A stretch of DNA of 64,000 bases from contig CAVNZM010000002.1 in NCBI GenBank assembly GCA_963693365.1, positions 930,001 through 994,000 of the forward strand, in the 5' to 3' direction. The notes beneath the pieces were generated by a model. That model worked only from the letters and a program-made list of their open reading frames with translations, did not search any database and was not told the DNA's origin. Position numbers and translations under genes: made by a program. Position 1 is the stretch's first letter. The number at the start of each line of letters is the position of its first letter. Source of the stretch: Amoebidium appalachense. Its lineage: Eukaryota; Protista; Ichthyosporea. This document shows, piece after piece, positions 1-13,660 of the stretch.

Positions 1-489
1 TGCCCGGGGAATACCCTTACGTCATCCGGTAGCTTCATCAGTTTCTGCAGGGTGGTGGGTGGGGTGGGGGTGGGGGGTGGGGGGGGGGGGGGGGGGGGGG
101 GGGGGGTTGAATGCGGAACACGGTACGAAGTACGCATACACGAAGGGCACATGCAAAGGCAAACATTCAAGTATGCAACATCAGCCATGCGCACAGTATG
201 CGTCATAAGCAGAGCCCATCCTCAGGGAGGGCCCAAGTCATCAATTGCGTCTGAGTTTCGACCCCTTAGCCCGCGTATATACGACTCCAACTCAGACAGC
301 AGCATCAACTGAACTTGAGAGGGTCAACCCGTCTTGATCAAAGACGAGCAGGGTTGCTTATGCAAGCAAGGTGAGCAAAACGGTGAATATGTGTGTGCAA
401 ATTAACGCAGTGCAGCGGAAAATGCGGATGTGCTTACAGATGCACGACACAGAGCAACCATGCCCGGTTGCATGGAAGTAAAGCGGTCT

Positions 490-526
<37 letters not shown>

Positions 527-959
527 GATTAGGACTCCAAAACGGCGGACTATGGCACAGCAAAGAGCACTATGATATTCAACAAAAAGACCTGCAAACC
601 ATACACCACAAACTCCACCAAGGTAAACATACACGCAAGGGAAGGTACACAGTATGAAGGGGTGGTTGAGTCTGAATGAGTGAGTGAGGTCGAGCGTGTC
701 GAGTTCCATTGGTTTGTGTGTGCGCGGGTGACACGGCTGTGTGCAACACTGTGCGTGTGCTTGTGTGTGTGTGGGTGGGGGGTAGAATGTGTTAAAGAGT
801 ACGATGCAAACATTTCAGATGGCTAACACAATGCTGAGTGCAAAGCACACAAGAAGAATATGCAAAATATGCAGAGCCCACATGCTCGGGAGTAGGCCAA
901 GTCATCCACTGTATTCGAGTTGTGTGTGTGTGTGTGTGTGTATGTGTGTATGTGGGGAA

Positions 960-1010
<51 letters not shown>

Positions 1011-3828
1011 ATACCCTGAGGCTTGCCTCCATCTGAGCCTGATTGCTGTAGGGGAAATCGGTACGGCCAATGGACCCCTGAAATAGGACATCACCTAGGG
1101 GCACATATAGAGAGTCAGACATGGTGTGTATAGACAGTGGAAGTAGCGAGAGAGTTACAGCTGTGTATATATCACAGCATATGGGGATATGGTCACACGA
1201 AACAGTGACATTATCGAGGGAGATAGGTGTGTACTGACCATGCACCCTGGTATATCATAGTGCATGGTGATCAGCTCACATAGACCACTGATATCATCGA
1301 GGACTACCAAAAACTTCCCCTCGCTAACGTGTACCCGACAGGGCCCACCGGTAGTACCTTAACATGAAACACACTGACGACGGACAACACAATGCAAAAA
1401 GGGTCTCACACAAAAGAAAGGGAGGGGGGGGAGGGGGCGACTACGCATACCGACAAAGAGCATGCCGTTCTTCTCGTCGTAAAAGGCCACATGGCCGGGA
1501 CAGTGGCCAGGCACGTACAGCACCTTGAACGTCACCTTGCCCACACTCACAGTGTCTCCCTCCGAGAGCTCATGATCGGGCGGGGGAGGTGGGCGCAACG
1601 ACCCTACACCGAACATTCGTGCCTGGTTGTGGAAAATGGGGAGGTGGAGAATAGGGGAGATACCATGTGCAGCGGGAACACAGAAGAGGAGCAGGGGTGG
1701 GGGATTTGGGCGAGAAAAAGAGAGAGGGAGAGAATGTGTGTGTGTGTTGGGGGGGGGGGGGGTAAAGGAGGGCGCAAGGTCAGTGCATGTCGCATGCAGT
1801 TACATGCTAAGATTTGGGACTGAAACAGGCTCAGTGGTAGTGACAAGAACAGCAGATCACGTGATCACAGCTGACGGTTGGTATGCATCACGGCCCTTGC
1901 ATTGGTTCGTGCAAATCATTCATGCATCATTTCCGGTTCAACAACGAAAGACAGGGAAAAAAGAAAGAAAAAGAGAAAGAAAAGAAAGGGCAAGAATAGA
2001 AAGCATCTGTCCACACACACAGTTGCATGTAGATACGCACAATGCAATAGACACCCGGGGGAGGGGGGGGGGTTTGAATGCGGAACACAGTACGAAGTAC
2101 GCATACACGATGAGAAGCATGGTGCAGGACACATGCAAAGGCAAACATTCAAGTATGCAGCATCAGCCATGCGCACAGTATGCGTCATAAGCAGAGCCCA
2201 TCCTCAGGGAGGGCCCAAGTCATCAATTGCGTCTGAGTTTCGACCCCTTAGCCCGCGTATATACGACGCTCCAACTCAGACAGCAGCATCAACTGAACTT
2301 GGGTGGGTCAACCCGTCTTGATCAAAGACGAGCAGGGTTGCTTATGCAAGCAAGGTGAGCAAAACGGTGAAGATGTATGTGCAAACTAATGCAGTGCAGC
2401 GACAAACGCGTATGTGCTTACAGATGCACGACACAGAGCAACCATGCCCGGTTGCGGGGGGGGGGGGGGGTTAGTAGTAGTAAAAGCACCTGTTCTTCAG
2501 CGGTATCATAGAGCACCCGGTCACTGGGGTGCAGGTAGATGGGTGCTTCTGGAAACATCTCCTTGGCATCGGCCAGGCCTGCCACGTGGTCAAGGTGTGC
2601 ATGTGTCTGCAGCAGCTGCGTGATGTTGAGGCCTAGTTTGCTGGCATCATCCTTGGTCCTGCAGGGTGCACGTGTGTACGTGTGTGTGTGTGTGCGCGCA
2701 TGTGTGTGCTGGATAAGGAGGAGGGGGCAATGGAAGGAAAGCGAAAAGATGTGGGAGAAAGGGCTTTGAACGGGAGAAGGGGCTTTGGAGAGATGTGAAA
2801 GAAAGAGGAGCGAGTGTGGAGTGTGGATAGGAGAATGTGTTAGCAAGCCAGGTAGCATCATACATTAGGGAGGATAACAGTTCTGTTGCGACGGCTCAGT
2901 GGTAGTGACAAATAACAGCAGATCATTTTGTTCACGGCTGTGGGTGTGAATCCATCATGGCCGGGGGGGGGGGGGGGGGGGGGGGGGACGATACCCCACA
3001 CATATAAGGGACAACACGGTGCGGGAAGTTTTTTTTTTTTTGGGGGGGGGGGGGGGGCGGGGTTTACTTTTTTGGAGGAGAGCCGCAGTCAATGATTGCA
3101 GCGGTCCGTGTGTCGTAGCAACCAACCAGATATCTGTAAGGGAAGATATCTGTGAGGGAAGATATCTGTGAGGGAGGAGATCTGTGAGGAAAAGTAGTTT
3201 TGAGGAAAGATATGTATGAGGGAAGATATCTGTGAGGGAGGATATCTGAGGGAGGATATTTGTGGGGAAAAGTAGTTTTGAGGGAAGATATGTATGAGGT
3301 AAACATCACCCTCAGCACTTGCGACTCAATCAACCCCTCGATGTGCTTTTTCAAGTGAACATTTAGATATGCCTAGCGTTTTTTTGCTTACTAACGGTTT
3401 CGAAATAGGTATTTAGCGATCCCCTTCTCCGTACCTTCACTCAACCGTTCCAAAGTCATTCTCCCGAGCAACTCAGTGCCTCCTTTTTCTATGTCTAACA
3501 AACACACGCCAATGAAGAGAAAGATACACACGGCCTATGCCCCCTTAGCCCCTTATCAACTGAAGTTCCTTACAAACAACCCACACTTCCCCCCTTGGGG
3601 CCTATATGGCACTATGTTTACACCAGACTCAAGGCTATTGCGTTGATTCCGCAAACTTTACTGACTTAACAAACACAGAAATGTCCAGAACAAAAAAAAT
3701 CACATCGTAACACTTCATTGCACTTACTGGTTCATGGCAAAGGGCCCCACAGCTCTAGAGGATATGTGGTAGGGCTCCTCTGCGTGGGTCACACAGGCAC
3801 CGGTGGCCTGGAATGCATTTCCAAACAT
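1..3828 (-). CDS. Metallo-beta-lactamase-fold hydrolase (glyoxalase II / YcbL-GloC-like), spliced, 3' end outside the window
   Basis: GT-AG exons in consistent phase: 3828-3728, 3133-3068, 2658-2490, 1622-1451, 1094-1015, 44-<1. Spliced protein has GPFAMNQYLV, AAIIDCG, THAHLDH (HxHxDH), PGHCPGH, FVGDVLFQGSIGRTD and VFPGH, the standard MBL motifs. Confidence 0.93.
107..489 (-). mobile_element. Dispersed repeat family A, copy 1 (~380 bp, SINE/retroposon-like, between poly-G runs)
   Basis: Near-identical to 2073-2455 and 36903-37250 (TTGAATGCGG...AGTACGCATACACGA...GCAGAGCCCATCCTCAGGGAGG...ACCATGCCCG). Strand assignment is an inference. Confidence 0.8.
2073..2455 (-). mobile_element. Dispersed repeat family A, copy 2
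   Basis: Direct sequence match to 107-489; G-runs on both sides; lies in intron 3 of the MBL gene. Confidence 0.8.
2885..2962 (+). repeat. Degenerate tRNA-like repeat (second copy at 1828-1895), possible tRNA-derived SINE head
   Basis: Both copies share A-box-like GGCTCAGTGGTAG, then TGACAA.AACAGCAGATCA, then a degenerate B-box-like segment ending CATCAYGGCC. Confidence 0.4.
3129..3300. repeat. Minisatellite with ~16-18 bp unit GATATCTGTGAGGGAA, overlapping a splice acceptor
   Basis: About 9 degenerate copies are visible; the first overlaps the acceptor of the MBL exon starting at 3133. Confidence 0.85.
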
Positions 3829-4261
3829 GGTCCGCCGTGGTTGGCTTCTCTGCAAGTAGAAGTTGTGTGAGTGACAAATTAGGAAAAACGATTGTTATGG
3901 GAAAGGTTCACTGACAGGTTAGGTCAAACAATAACTGTTACAAGGTTTTACTCGGTGAAACAAAGATGTGCATGTTGCTCGTCTGAGCTGACCTGTGTTA
4001 ACGCAAACACGGGTAAACACAACGGAGGAAACCATTAGTTCAGAGAGAAAAAGGACTACTTAGTGTGGGAAAGGAGACGTAACACACGTATATACCTGTT
4101 TGAAGGACATTGACGAGCGCATGCGTGTAGCCACGACTGGACGAAGGAGGGGGGGGGGGGGGGGGGGGGGGGAGGGGGGGGGAGGGAGGGAGGGAGGGAG
4201 GGAGGGAGGGAGAGAGAGAGAGTGGGGGCGCAGGGAGGGGGGGGGGCGGAGAGAGAGGGAA

Positions 4262-4302
<41 letters not shown>

Positions 4303-5478
4303 GGACATCACAGCTGTCAAATAAACCGGGGAGAGAGGAGGGAGGGATTTTTGGGACGGCAAGAAGTAAAGAAACAAAGGCGAGCAAGGGTGGCCAAGAC
4401 GGACATTCACGAAAAGGCCAAAGCAGGTAGGTAGCACCCAAGTATATTCAGTTCATGCATGTGAGTCAAGCACAGAAACGGAACAGGAGTGTTTGGGTGC
4501 TTAAACGCCATATACATACCAGCGCAATAGACAAAGGGGCGCATGCTTGCCCCGTGCGCCTACAACCGGCGGCCACACTTCTTAGCGTCTGCATGTTGCC
4601 CACAAAAAACAGAAGTAAAGAATTAACGCGCCCGACTTCGACCTTTTCCGGCGGCAGGCCGGCCTCCAGCACGTGACTCGAAATGTCCAAAACTTTTAAT
4701 TCGATCACAATCGGTCTAATCGACATCGATCCCTTCCGATTCTCTAAACAGAAAACTCTTTATGTACAAAGCAGGTCCGGGAGAATAGAGGGAAAAACAG
4801 AATGTGAAAAACAGAATGAATAAAGGGAAAGGTGCAAACAATTCGTATTATATGGGCGAAATTGCAGTGCAAGGGTTTGTAACGGTGTGTGTACTTCTTC
4901 TATGAGTCTTTGTGTAGGGGTTTGCCAGACTTGTCTTCTTCTCTTCTTCTTTCCGAGTGACAAAGCGAAATTTCGCTTTGTGATGGCTTCATTGCATAGC
5001 GATATTGCCTGTGTTTGGGTTTATAGCCGAGTTTGATAACTCAGTGAGCAAGCGCATGGCTGTTCGAGTTAACAATAAATGTGAGGTATAAAATGCTTGT
5101 GGCTGTGACCGGTGCACTACAGGATATGTATCAAACAACCCCCCCCCCCCCCCCCCCCCCCCCACATGCTTGAGGCTGGTCTCTCTTGTGCCTCGAGTAA
5201 ACAGTCTTACCCTCGAGTATATATATCACACTATATAACATGTGTGTGGGGGGGGGGGGGGAGGGGAGGGGGGAAGAAGGGGGGGAAGGTGGGAGGGGGG
5301 AAGGTGGGGGGGGGGGGGGGGGGGGGGGGAGGAAGAGGGGGGGGGGGGGGGGGAGGTAAGAAGGGAGGAAAGGGAGAAAGAGGGATTGGGGGAGCGGGGG
5401 GGGGGGGGGGGGGGAGGGGAGGTAAGAGGGGTGGGTGGGGCGGGGGGGGGGGGGGGGGGGGCATATGGCTGGCCATAT

Positions 5479-5547
<69 letters not shown>

Positions 5548-5900
5548 TCTGTTTGCATAATCATGTTTGCTTGATGAGACGTGGCTGAAGCTGCTTCTGA
5601 CTGTAATGCTCGATTTTTCGCTGCGAAATTAGGACAAATACAAATATTTTCGGTTCAAAAATTTTCATTCAACAAAGGTTTCCAAACTTTAATCATTGCG
5701 CCCAGCAAGACGTACAACGCCTGCGGTACGTCGCATGATATCTGTTTACTCCTCACATGTCTTAATTTGGTAAGATCAAAGCTTATCAGGCTAAATTAGT
5801 AGGATCCTTTTAAACTGAAGGTTCGTTGCACTTCTCCTTTACTAGACATACATGCGCAGCATAGTTTGGCTTCGCATGATGATTCTAATTTGCAGCACTA

Positions 5901-5972
5901 ACTCAACTCGCTCTTTACTATACATCAAACCTCGATACTCAACTCGCTCTTTACTATACATCAAACCTCGAT
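5901..5972. repeat. Perfect 36-bp tandem duplication
   Basis: ACTCAACTCGCTCTTTACTATACATCAAACCTCGAT at 5901-5936 and 5937-5972. Confidence 0.9.
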
Positions 5973-6350
5973 CTCCCCCTTCTCCCCCTCCCCCCTCTTT
6001 CAAACCCCCCCCCCCCCCCCCCCCTCCCCCCCCCCATCCCTCCGGGGCCACACACACACACTTCGGCCGAAAGCGTTTTTATCCTGACCAATTTCTACCT
6101 TAAAGACACACATCTAACCTTACGATTGAGCTTGACTCTACAGGAAACCCCCTCCTCCTCCCCTCCCTCCCTCCCCTTCCCCGCCCCCCCCTTGCAGTCT
6201 ATATCTGACCTATGTCTACTTTACAGACACACACCATAACCTTGGCTTATGTACAAGAAACCGTCAATTAGTGTTCGCCGCGAAAAAAACAATTGTCACC
6301 ATGGCTTTAAGCCAATGCGATGCCGCCATCCCCTTCCCACACCCCCATGC

Positions 6351-6594
6351 TTAGAATGGGTAAATGAGGGGGATCAGTGACACGCACAATCCAAACAGTA
6401 CGATTTGCAGGGGCAGGCCCACATAGACGTAGTCCACAAACGAATAGCCACCGGGCTGCATAACAAGAATGTTGACTGGTGAGCCCACCTGTAGTGTATG
6501 TGTGTGTATGTGTTTGTAAACAAGGCGGGGGTGGGGGGTTGGGTAGTGTGTATGTATGTGGGATGGGGGGGGGGGGGGGGGGGGGGGGGAGGAA

Positions 6595-6625
<31 letters not shown>

Positions 6626-7231
6626 GTGAGGGGAAGGGGCGAGGAGGAGGGCGGGGATAAGGTTTGATGTTAGCAGACACTCAAGCGATGATTCCCACAC
6701 ACCGTGCAAGTCACAGCCAAGAAGTGGCCACGCTCGAACTAAAGTTTCTTTGCCAAAGAAAGATTACTACGGAAAGCATAGATTACATAGATAACACACG
6801 GAAAGCAATAGCCCCTACACCCTCCCCCCTCCCCCCCCCCCCCCCCCCCCCCTCCCCGTTTCCCCCCTCCGAGAACCCCCTCCTCGGACCCAACCCACCC
6901 CCCTGTCCCCCCCCCCTTCCCCTCCAAGCTTCCCCCCGCACCACCCCATCCCGTCCACAATCCCACCCTCCCGATGCCCTACATGCATGTTCATCTCGCA
7001 CACGATCTCCCCCACCCCCCCCCTTCCCCGCCCACCCCCCCCCCCCCCCCCCCCCCGGCCTGCGCATCTGCCTGCACCTCTCCCATCCCTATCTAACCTG
7101 CTAAGGCCATTCGGCCTATTCCCCACCTCCCTTCCCTCACGCAGGGACACCTGTACATGTACCACACCAAGCACATACTCAAAAAAAAATTATAGTCACT
7201 CAGGCAAGAATTTCCCGGGGAAAAAAAAAAA

Positions 7232-7263
<32 letters not shown>

Positions 7264-7548
7264 TTGCTTACCGGCGTCATAAACGCATTTGAACTTGCGA
7301 GCGCCAGTGCGATCAAAAACGGCTGTGGTGCCACGGCCATTGCAGTGGCACATTTTGCAGCCACGGGGGCAATCAACACAGCCGTAGCGGTGTTACTAAT
7401 GACCTGGGTGACGGTCATAGCGAGTAGAAACAGCACCGTGAGCACCACCCATGGGGATGTGCTATTGCCCAAGTCATTAAGGGCATCAACCACTATTTGA
7501 ATGGCTCCTGTGTGCTCCAGGGCGGATGAAACGGGTATCATGCCCTGT

Positions 7549-7615
<67 letters not shown>

Positions 7616-7878
7616 GGGGGGAAGAGGGGAGGGAGGGGAAGGAAGGGGGGGGGGGAGGGGGGGGGTATGGGTGGGTGGGTGAGTGGGTGCACGTGTGTGT
7701 GTGTAACTGGTTGTAATTGGAGGCGGGGGAGGTTATGAGGGTAACTGGTTAGCATGGACAAAATGGGAGGGATATGTCTTGGGAGGGGGAGGGGGGGAGG
7801 GGGGAGGGGGGGGGGGGGGAGGGGGGAGTAGGTAACGGAGTGTTATCAAGGTTTTTGTTGGAAGAAGGAGGACTGGGG

Positions 7879-7911
<33 letters not shown>

Positions 7912-10900
7912 TGGAGGGAGGACTTGCATGGAAGAAAAAAACTATATGAGGCCCCTGGTGGCCCGTGTTCATAATGGGTAAAGCCATTTGCATACCTCTT
8001 GACCACTAGAACGTTGGGAATAGCTGGTGTATAGGGGGGGGAAACGGGAGGGGGGGGAGGGGGGGGGGGTTGGTTGGGGGTTACTCACAGCAATCAGCAC
8101 GATACTCTCCCAATGGATGGCCTTGTACGCGTCCTTGGCAGACACACATCCCAATATGCACATGAGGGTAGCACCAAGCATCATCGTAATCGGATTGGAG
8201 ATCAGAGATTCGAAAAACATAAACACAACGACAAATACCATCGCAAGCAGTGCCGTGTACGTGTTGAGAGAAAGCTGCTTGCAAGCCTGTTTCCAGCCCA
8301 ACCCGTGTACTTCGGACGGGTGAAACGATTCCCTTTTTAGGTAGTTGAGTGAAACGACAAAGTATGGGTCGGTGGATTGAGGGGACGTGTTGATTGGCTC
8401 GCTAAAAATAGGGAGGAGGGTAAAATTGTTGTTGGGTGGCATTACTGCGCCCAGCTTCACCAAAACGGCATCCGGGGAAGCGGCGACCGTTTTCACTACG
8501 CGCACTTTGTCCTCCTGGTCTGACACAAACTGGTTAACGTCTGAGTGGGCGCCAAAAAGAACCAATCGGTCGTGTTCGTTAAGTTTATAGCGGTACGTGA
8601 CGGGGGTGACTGTGTGTTTGCTCCAGGCCACGGTCCCTTCCGGTGCATCGTGTCCGATCGCCATAATCGAGATGCTGTATTTGGCGTGAAGACCCAGCTC
8701 GTACACGTGTTTGCCGCAGAGCTTTGATTGGCCAACAGCCACAACCTGGGGGATGGGGGGAGGGAGGAGGGCAATCTAGAAGTTAGCAGAAATCTGCACA
8801 CAACCTTTCTGGTTTTGATTGGTAAGACCGATGCACCAAAAATGCTGACCGAACGTGTGTGTTCTTTTTTGTTTTTGTTTTTTAAAGGGGAGGGGGGGGG
8901 GAGGCAGGGGGGAGGGGGGCGCGGGGGGGGGGGGGGGGGGGGGGGGGAGGCCGCCAGGCTATGCTTGGTAGAACTGCGAGAGTGGCAAGGAGCAAACAGG
9001 GTAACAGTGCACTGTAAGTGGCAGCCCTCTGTTTCCAACCCTGGCGCTGTACCATTGTAACCCCATTGCACCACGCATCAGCAGGTATAATAATTTGCAT
9101 CTTTCCCCTCCGTGTATTGCTTGAGCGCACTGTATGGAAATCGTCTAAACCATTTCCAATCCAATGAAAACACCACATAAAATTTCAAAATCACCCAATC
9201 AAAAACACATACCTGCACGCGGTAGTCCGACCCATACACAACATTGCGATCGTCCTCTGCACTGCTGTCACCCAATGAATGCTTTTTCTTTCCGCCGGCT
9301 TCCACCATACCAATGCTCAACCCATCCACCTCTATCTCGTGGTCCGCAGAGTCGTTGCCCGAATGCCTGACTGGGTGTGGGTGCTTGGCACGCTCAGGGT
9401 CGGTGCGATCAAGAATCCACCTGTGTGTGTGGAATGGATAAGGTGGGGGTGGGGGCAGGAGAGGGGGGGGGGTTGTGGGGAAGGGGGGGAGGGGTTGAGA
9501 GGGGGGGGGGGGGGGTGGTTAGAATGTTTTACAGAGAACGAAGTCCTATTCATGACGGAAAACACAATGCAGGTGGTTGGGTGTGTGTGTGTGCGGGGGG
9601 GGGGGGGGGGGAGGAGATGGAAACTGCACAGTTTCTCAGTGTTCAGGAAAAATGGGCATATGCCGAGTTAAGGAGAGTGCTATCGGCGCCCCGGGGGGGG
9701 GTGGTGGGGGGAGGTGGGGGGGGGGGGGGGGGGGGGACTTTCTTTGATGGCTGACTAGGGGATGGGAGGAGGGTGCAGCGGGTGAAGGCGAGAGGATAGG
9801 GGGGATAATGAATACGGGGGGAGGGGTGGGGGCGGCAGCGACGGGGGGATGGGGGGAGGGGGAGAAGGGGCGGGAGAGGGGGAAGGGGAAGGGTGCAAAT
9901 GGGAGGGGGAGAGGGGTAGGGGCATGCATACCCTCCGAGGGTGCACATGTAGAGTGTGCCCACGGCCAGACTGGGCAGCGCAATCCCAGAAAACCCAAAG
10001 AAGGAAATCGGATCGGCACCATCCACCTTCTTGACGTAGTCAGCCACTACCATATTTGGGGGAGTGCCAATTATGGTAATGCAGCCGCCCAATGAGGAGG
10101 CAAAGGCCAGAGCCATGAGGGAACGGCGGGAGCTCCAGTGGCAGGCCTTAATTGTGCTGAGTGCAATAGGTAGCATGATGGCTACCGTGCCCGTGTTGGA
10201 CTGCGGTGGAATTAAGGTCAGAAGCTTTATATGTCTAAGACTAATGGATGAAAAATATCGTGGGAGCCTCTAATGTGATGAATAACTGAAGTGGATGGAA
10301 TGGAGTGCTTTATTGGAAATACTCACAGTGGATATACCCAAATGGATATTGCACTTTTATGGATATACTGTGGATAAACGGTGCACGAGTATTAGTAAGC
10401 CTCAAAAGGCCCAAAGCAGGCTTGAATCCACAAGAGGCAGTGGGCTATGTAGAGGGGGGGGGGGAGGGTCCTTTCGCATCTTTTTTTTTTTTTTTTTTTT
10501 TTTTTGGCTTGCTAACTTTTCTTTTCTTTTCTTTTCTTTTCTTTCTTTCTTTCTTTTTTTTTGGGGGGGGGGGAGGGTTTGAATGCGTCAAAAAGTACGA
10601 AGTACACAAGAACAAACGGATAACACGATGCAGAATGCAAGCCATACATAAAGAGTATGCATAATAAGCAGAGCCCATCCTCAGGGGGGGCCCACGTCAT
10701 CCACAGTACCCGAATTTCGACCTATTCACCTCGGGGGGGGGGGGGGGGGGGGGAGGGGGGGGGGGGGGGGGAGGGGGGGGGAGGGGGGCAGGGTATGTGC
10801 ACTGGTACCATACCATGAAAGCGGACAGTGTACCAGCCAGCAGCATCAGCTCGAGGCAGAACAGCCATTGCCTGCCCATGGTGCCCCTCTTGAGCACCTG

Positions 10901-12258
10901 CGCTAGCTCATCGGCCAGACCGGACCCCTCAATGCCCTGCCCAAGCACAAACGTGGCTGCAATCATCACGGTCACGGTGTCGCCAAAACCTCCTGGTGGT
11001 GGGGAAAAAATGGTGAGCGTCAGGGAGAATATGCACTCAACGTTTGGACAAGGTTATCAGATATGTGTTGGATGATTCGTGGTGTGAGAGAACTGTGGCT
11101 TTTGTGTGGTGTTTGTGCTGATTGAATCGGGGGGATGGGTGGGAGGAAGGGAGGAGGAGGAGGGAGGGGGGTCTTTCATATGGGTCAACAAGTTTCAGAG
11201 ACTGCGCTTTACTAACAGGATAAAAATGTGCTGGCAGAGGCGTGGAAAAAGGGGGATGTCGGGGAAAAGGCTCAGGGCTAGGAGATATTCGAAACCCTAA
11301 TGCAGGTGTATGTAGTACCACAGCTTTTGCCCCCCTTTTCAGTTACCAATGCTCTATTCCTCCTCCCTCTGTGGCTCTCCCTTTCGCTCTCTCTCTTTCC
11401 CCCCTTCTAGAACTCTCCCTCTTGCTCATACGGTTACACGGATAAATACCCCCCTCCCCTCCCCACCCTTCCCCCCAACCCGCCCAACCCTAACCCACCC
11501 CCCGCTCCCTCTTTCGTTCTTCAATGATTTTGAATCCCCCGAGATCACCGTAAGTACGGATAAACGGCTGACTAGATGGAGGCTGTTGGTTTTCATAAAT
11601 GCCTGGAGTGCGGCGACCCTGCTCGCATCCACTTAAATCTGACGTTCCATGCTATCTATTGTATGAACCTACCTAGTGCCTCCTTGGTGGTGATGACGTT
11701 GGCAATGGTGAGTGCAAACAGTCCCAGAAGCACCACCACGTCCAGTCTCAGGCGGTTGCTGGCAAACCCAATGATCTCCAGCGCCAACACGGCAAGCGTG
11801 AAGTACATCTCCCACCTGTAAAGGGGTGTGCTCGTCAACAATAATGACAAACAGATTCAAATATCGTTTAGTGTGTCTTGCTGCGTGGCATACTAACCCG
11901 CGTGTCACCGATATGTCATGAGTCATGACGATGTGTGTACGCGTGTGTGCGTGCCCGGAATGCTTGCACATGTGCGTGGCGCGCGCGTACGCACGTGTGT
12001 GTGTGTGTGTGTGTGCGCGTGCGTGTGTGTGTGTGTGTGTGTGTGTGCACCTGCGAGTTTGTGAGCCACGGCAGTGTGCGCGTGTGTGTGGTTGTGTGTG
12101 TGTGTGCTCGTGATGATGCAACTTCTGGGTGCGTGTATGAGGAGACGGTCGGTGAACTTGACAATCCCATTAGCAGGTTTTGTGGGCATCATAGCTATGT
12201 ACTAGGCAACACAAGTATTCATGCACCATGAGCAAACAAGGATAACTTACCCAGCCAT
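6351..12258 (-). CDS. SLC13/DASS-family anion:sodium symporter with TrkA-C (RCK-C) domain, YfbS/SLT-like, 624 aa
   Basis: Eight exons in frame: 12258-12251, 11815-11673, 10992-10814, 10200-9932, 9420-9213, 8745-8089, 7544-7272, 6488-6351 (1875 nt). Motifs [71 protein letters not shown]; TrkA-C-like [13 protein letters not shown]...[11 protein letters not shown]. Confidence 0.92.
10578..10732 (-). mobile_element. Diverged, truncated copy of repeat family A
   Basis: Shares TTTGAATGCG, AGTACGAAGTAC, TAAGCAGAGCCCATCCTCAGGG, GTCATC and TTTCGACC with the full copies; G-runs on both sides. Confidence 0.7.
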
Positions 12259-12829
12259 TTCCAGTATGTTAATTTCTTGCACCTGCTAGTAGCTTTGTGT
12301 AGGTCGGCCAAAGTTGTACCTTACTCGAACAAAGGCGGCTCAGCTCGGTGCCACAGTCGATAGCCCAAGCGGGTGATGTTGATCGGGTGAGGATCAGTTA
12401 TGCCACAAGGGCTTCGTGCCAAAACTTGACGAGCAGCCTTGAATGAGCTTCTTGTATGTACACGGTCACACAATAGAATCTTTAAACGCTAAGTGTGCTT
12501 TTTGCATGTATTTGTCTGTATGTACATGATCTGTGGTTCCTAGGCAATCAATTATTCAGAAAGTAAGAGCTTCCGAACGCGACTACATCAGTGATGAAAA
12601 GTGCCTCAAAAACCTCAAAATGGCCTTCGAACTCTATGAATCCAGTATTTGCGATTGCAAAACTGACCTTTTTGGACCCAACGACAGCCTATTTATAGTG
12701 CGGGTACATAGCCGCAATATTCAGACGGTGTGCGTGCCTGGCACTTGCCAGAGCCCTTGTTTTCAAGGCGAGGGCAGTGCCCACTGTGTGCATGAGGCTG
12801 CCACCGAATCAACGGTTGAAAGCCCCGCT

Positions 12830-13040
12830 GTTCTGATTGGCGAATAGGTTGAATAGATCTGCTCAAAAATTCTAAAAAATCAAATCTGCTATTTCGATTG
12901 GTCGGATATGAATTATAGTGTTCAAACAGAATGAATTTACGCGATTGGTCGCTCAAAATTAAAAAACCACCAATCAAATAATGCAATCTAAATGATCTTT
13001 CTATCTCTGGCTCATGATTGGTTTATGTGTGCCAATCGCT
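12830..13040. promoter_or_regulatory. Cluster of CCAAT/ATTGG motifs upstream of the SLC13 gene
   Basis: About six GATTGG/CCAATC motifs within ~200 bp, ~600 bp 5' of the ATG. They could instead belong to a decayed repeat. Confidence 0.3.
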
Positions 13041-13179
13041 CATTTTCTACGCACATTTCGAACGTTCCTTTGCTGGCTGAGCCGGCCTGGATTCAGCTGG
13101 ACATCTCACGTGCTTGCACCTCAAACGCCTACGGCCTACCCGCCTGTGCACAAGGTTCTGTACACGCACTTTCAAACTG

Positions 13180-13211
13180 AAACACACACACAACACACAC
13201 ACACACACACA

Positions 13212-13243
<32 letters not shown>

Positions 13244-13360
13244 CACACACGCACGCACACACACTGCACACACGCACACACGCACACACACACACACCCA
13301 CACCCACACACACGCACACAGGCACACAAACACACTGTGACGCACACGCACGTAATTTGA

Positions 13361-13409
<49 letters not shown>

Positions 13410-13660
13410 TGACGCACACAACACGCACATGCACACACGCACACGCACGCACGTACACAATCATTCACCCACTGGCACCCACACCTACGGGCACATACGC
13501 ACGCACGCACGTACGGGTGTGCACACACACGCACACAAACACAAACACAAACACACAAATTTCACACAAACACGGGTTGTACACAGACACACACACACAC
13601 ACACACGTGCACACACACACACACACATACACACACACACGCACGCACACGCACACACAC
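13180..13660. repeat. (CA)n/(CACG)n compound microsatellite
   Basis: Directly visible. Confidence 0.9.

Noticed and set aside
2190-2250. Hammerhead ribozyme (CTGAGGA and GAAAC on the minus strand)
   Set aside because: The flanking bases do not form stem II in any permutation I could build; kept only as an untyped structured-RNA candidate.
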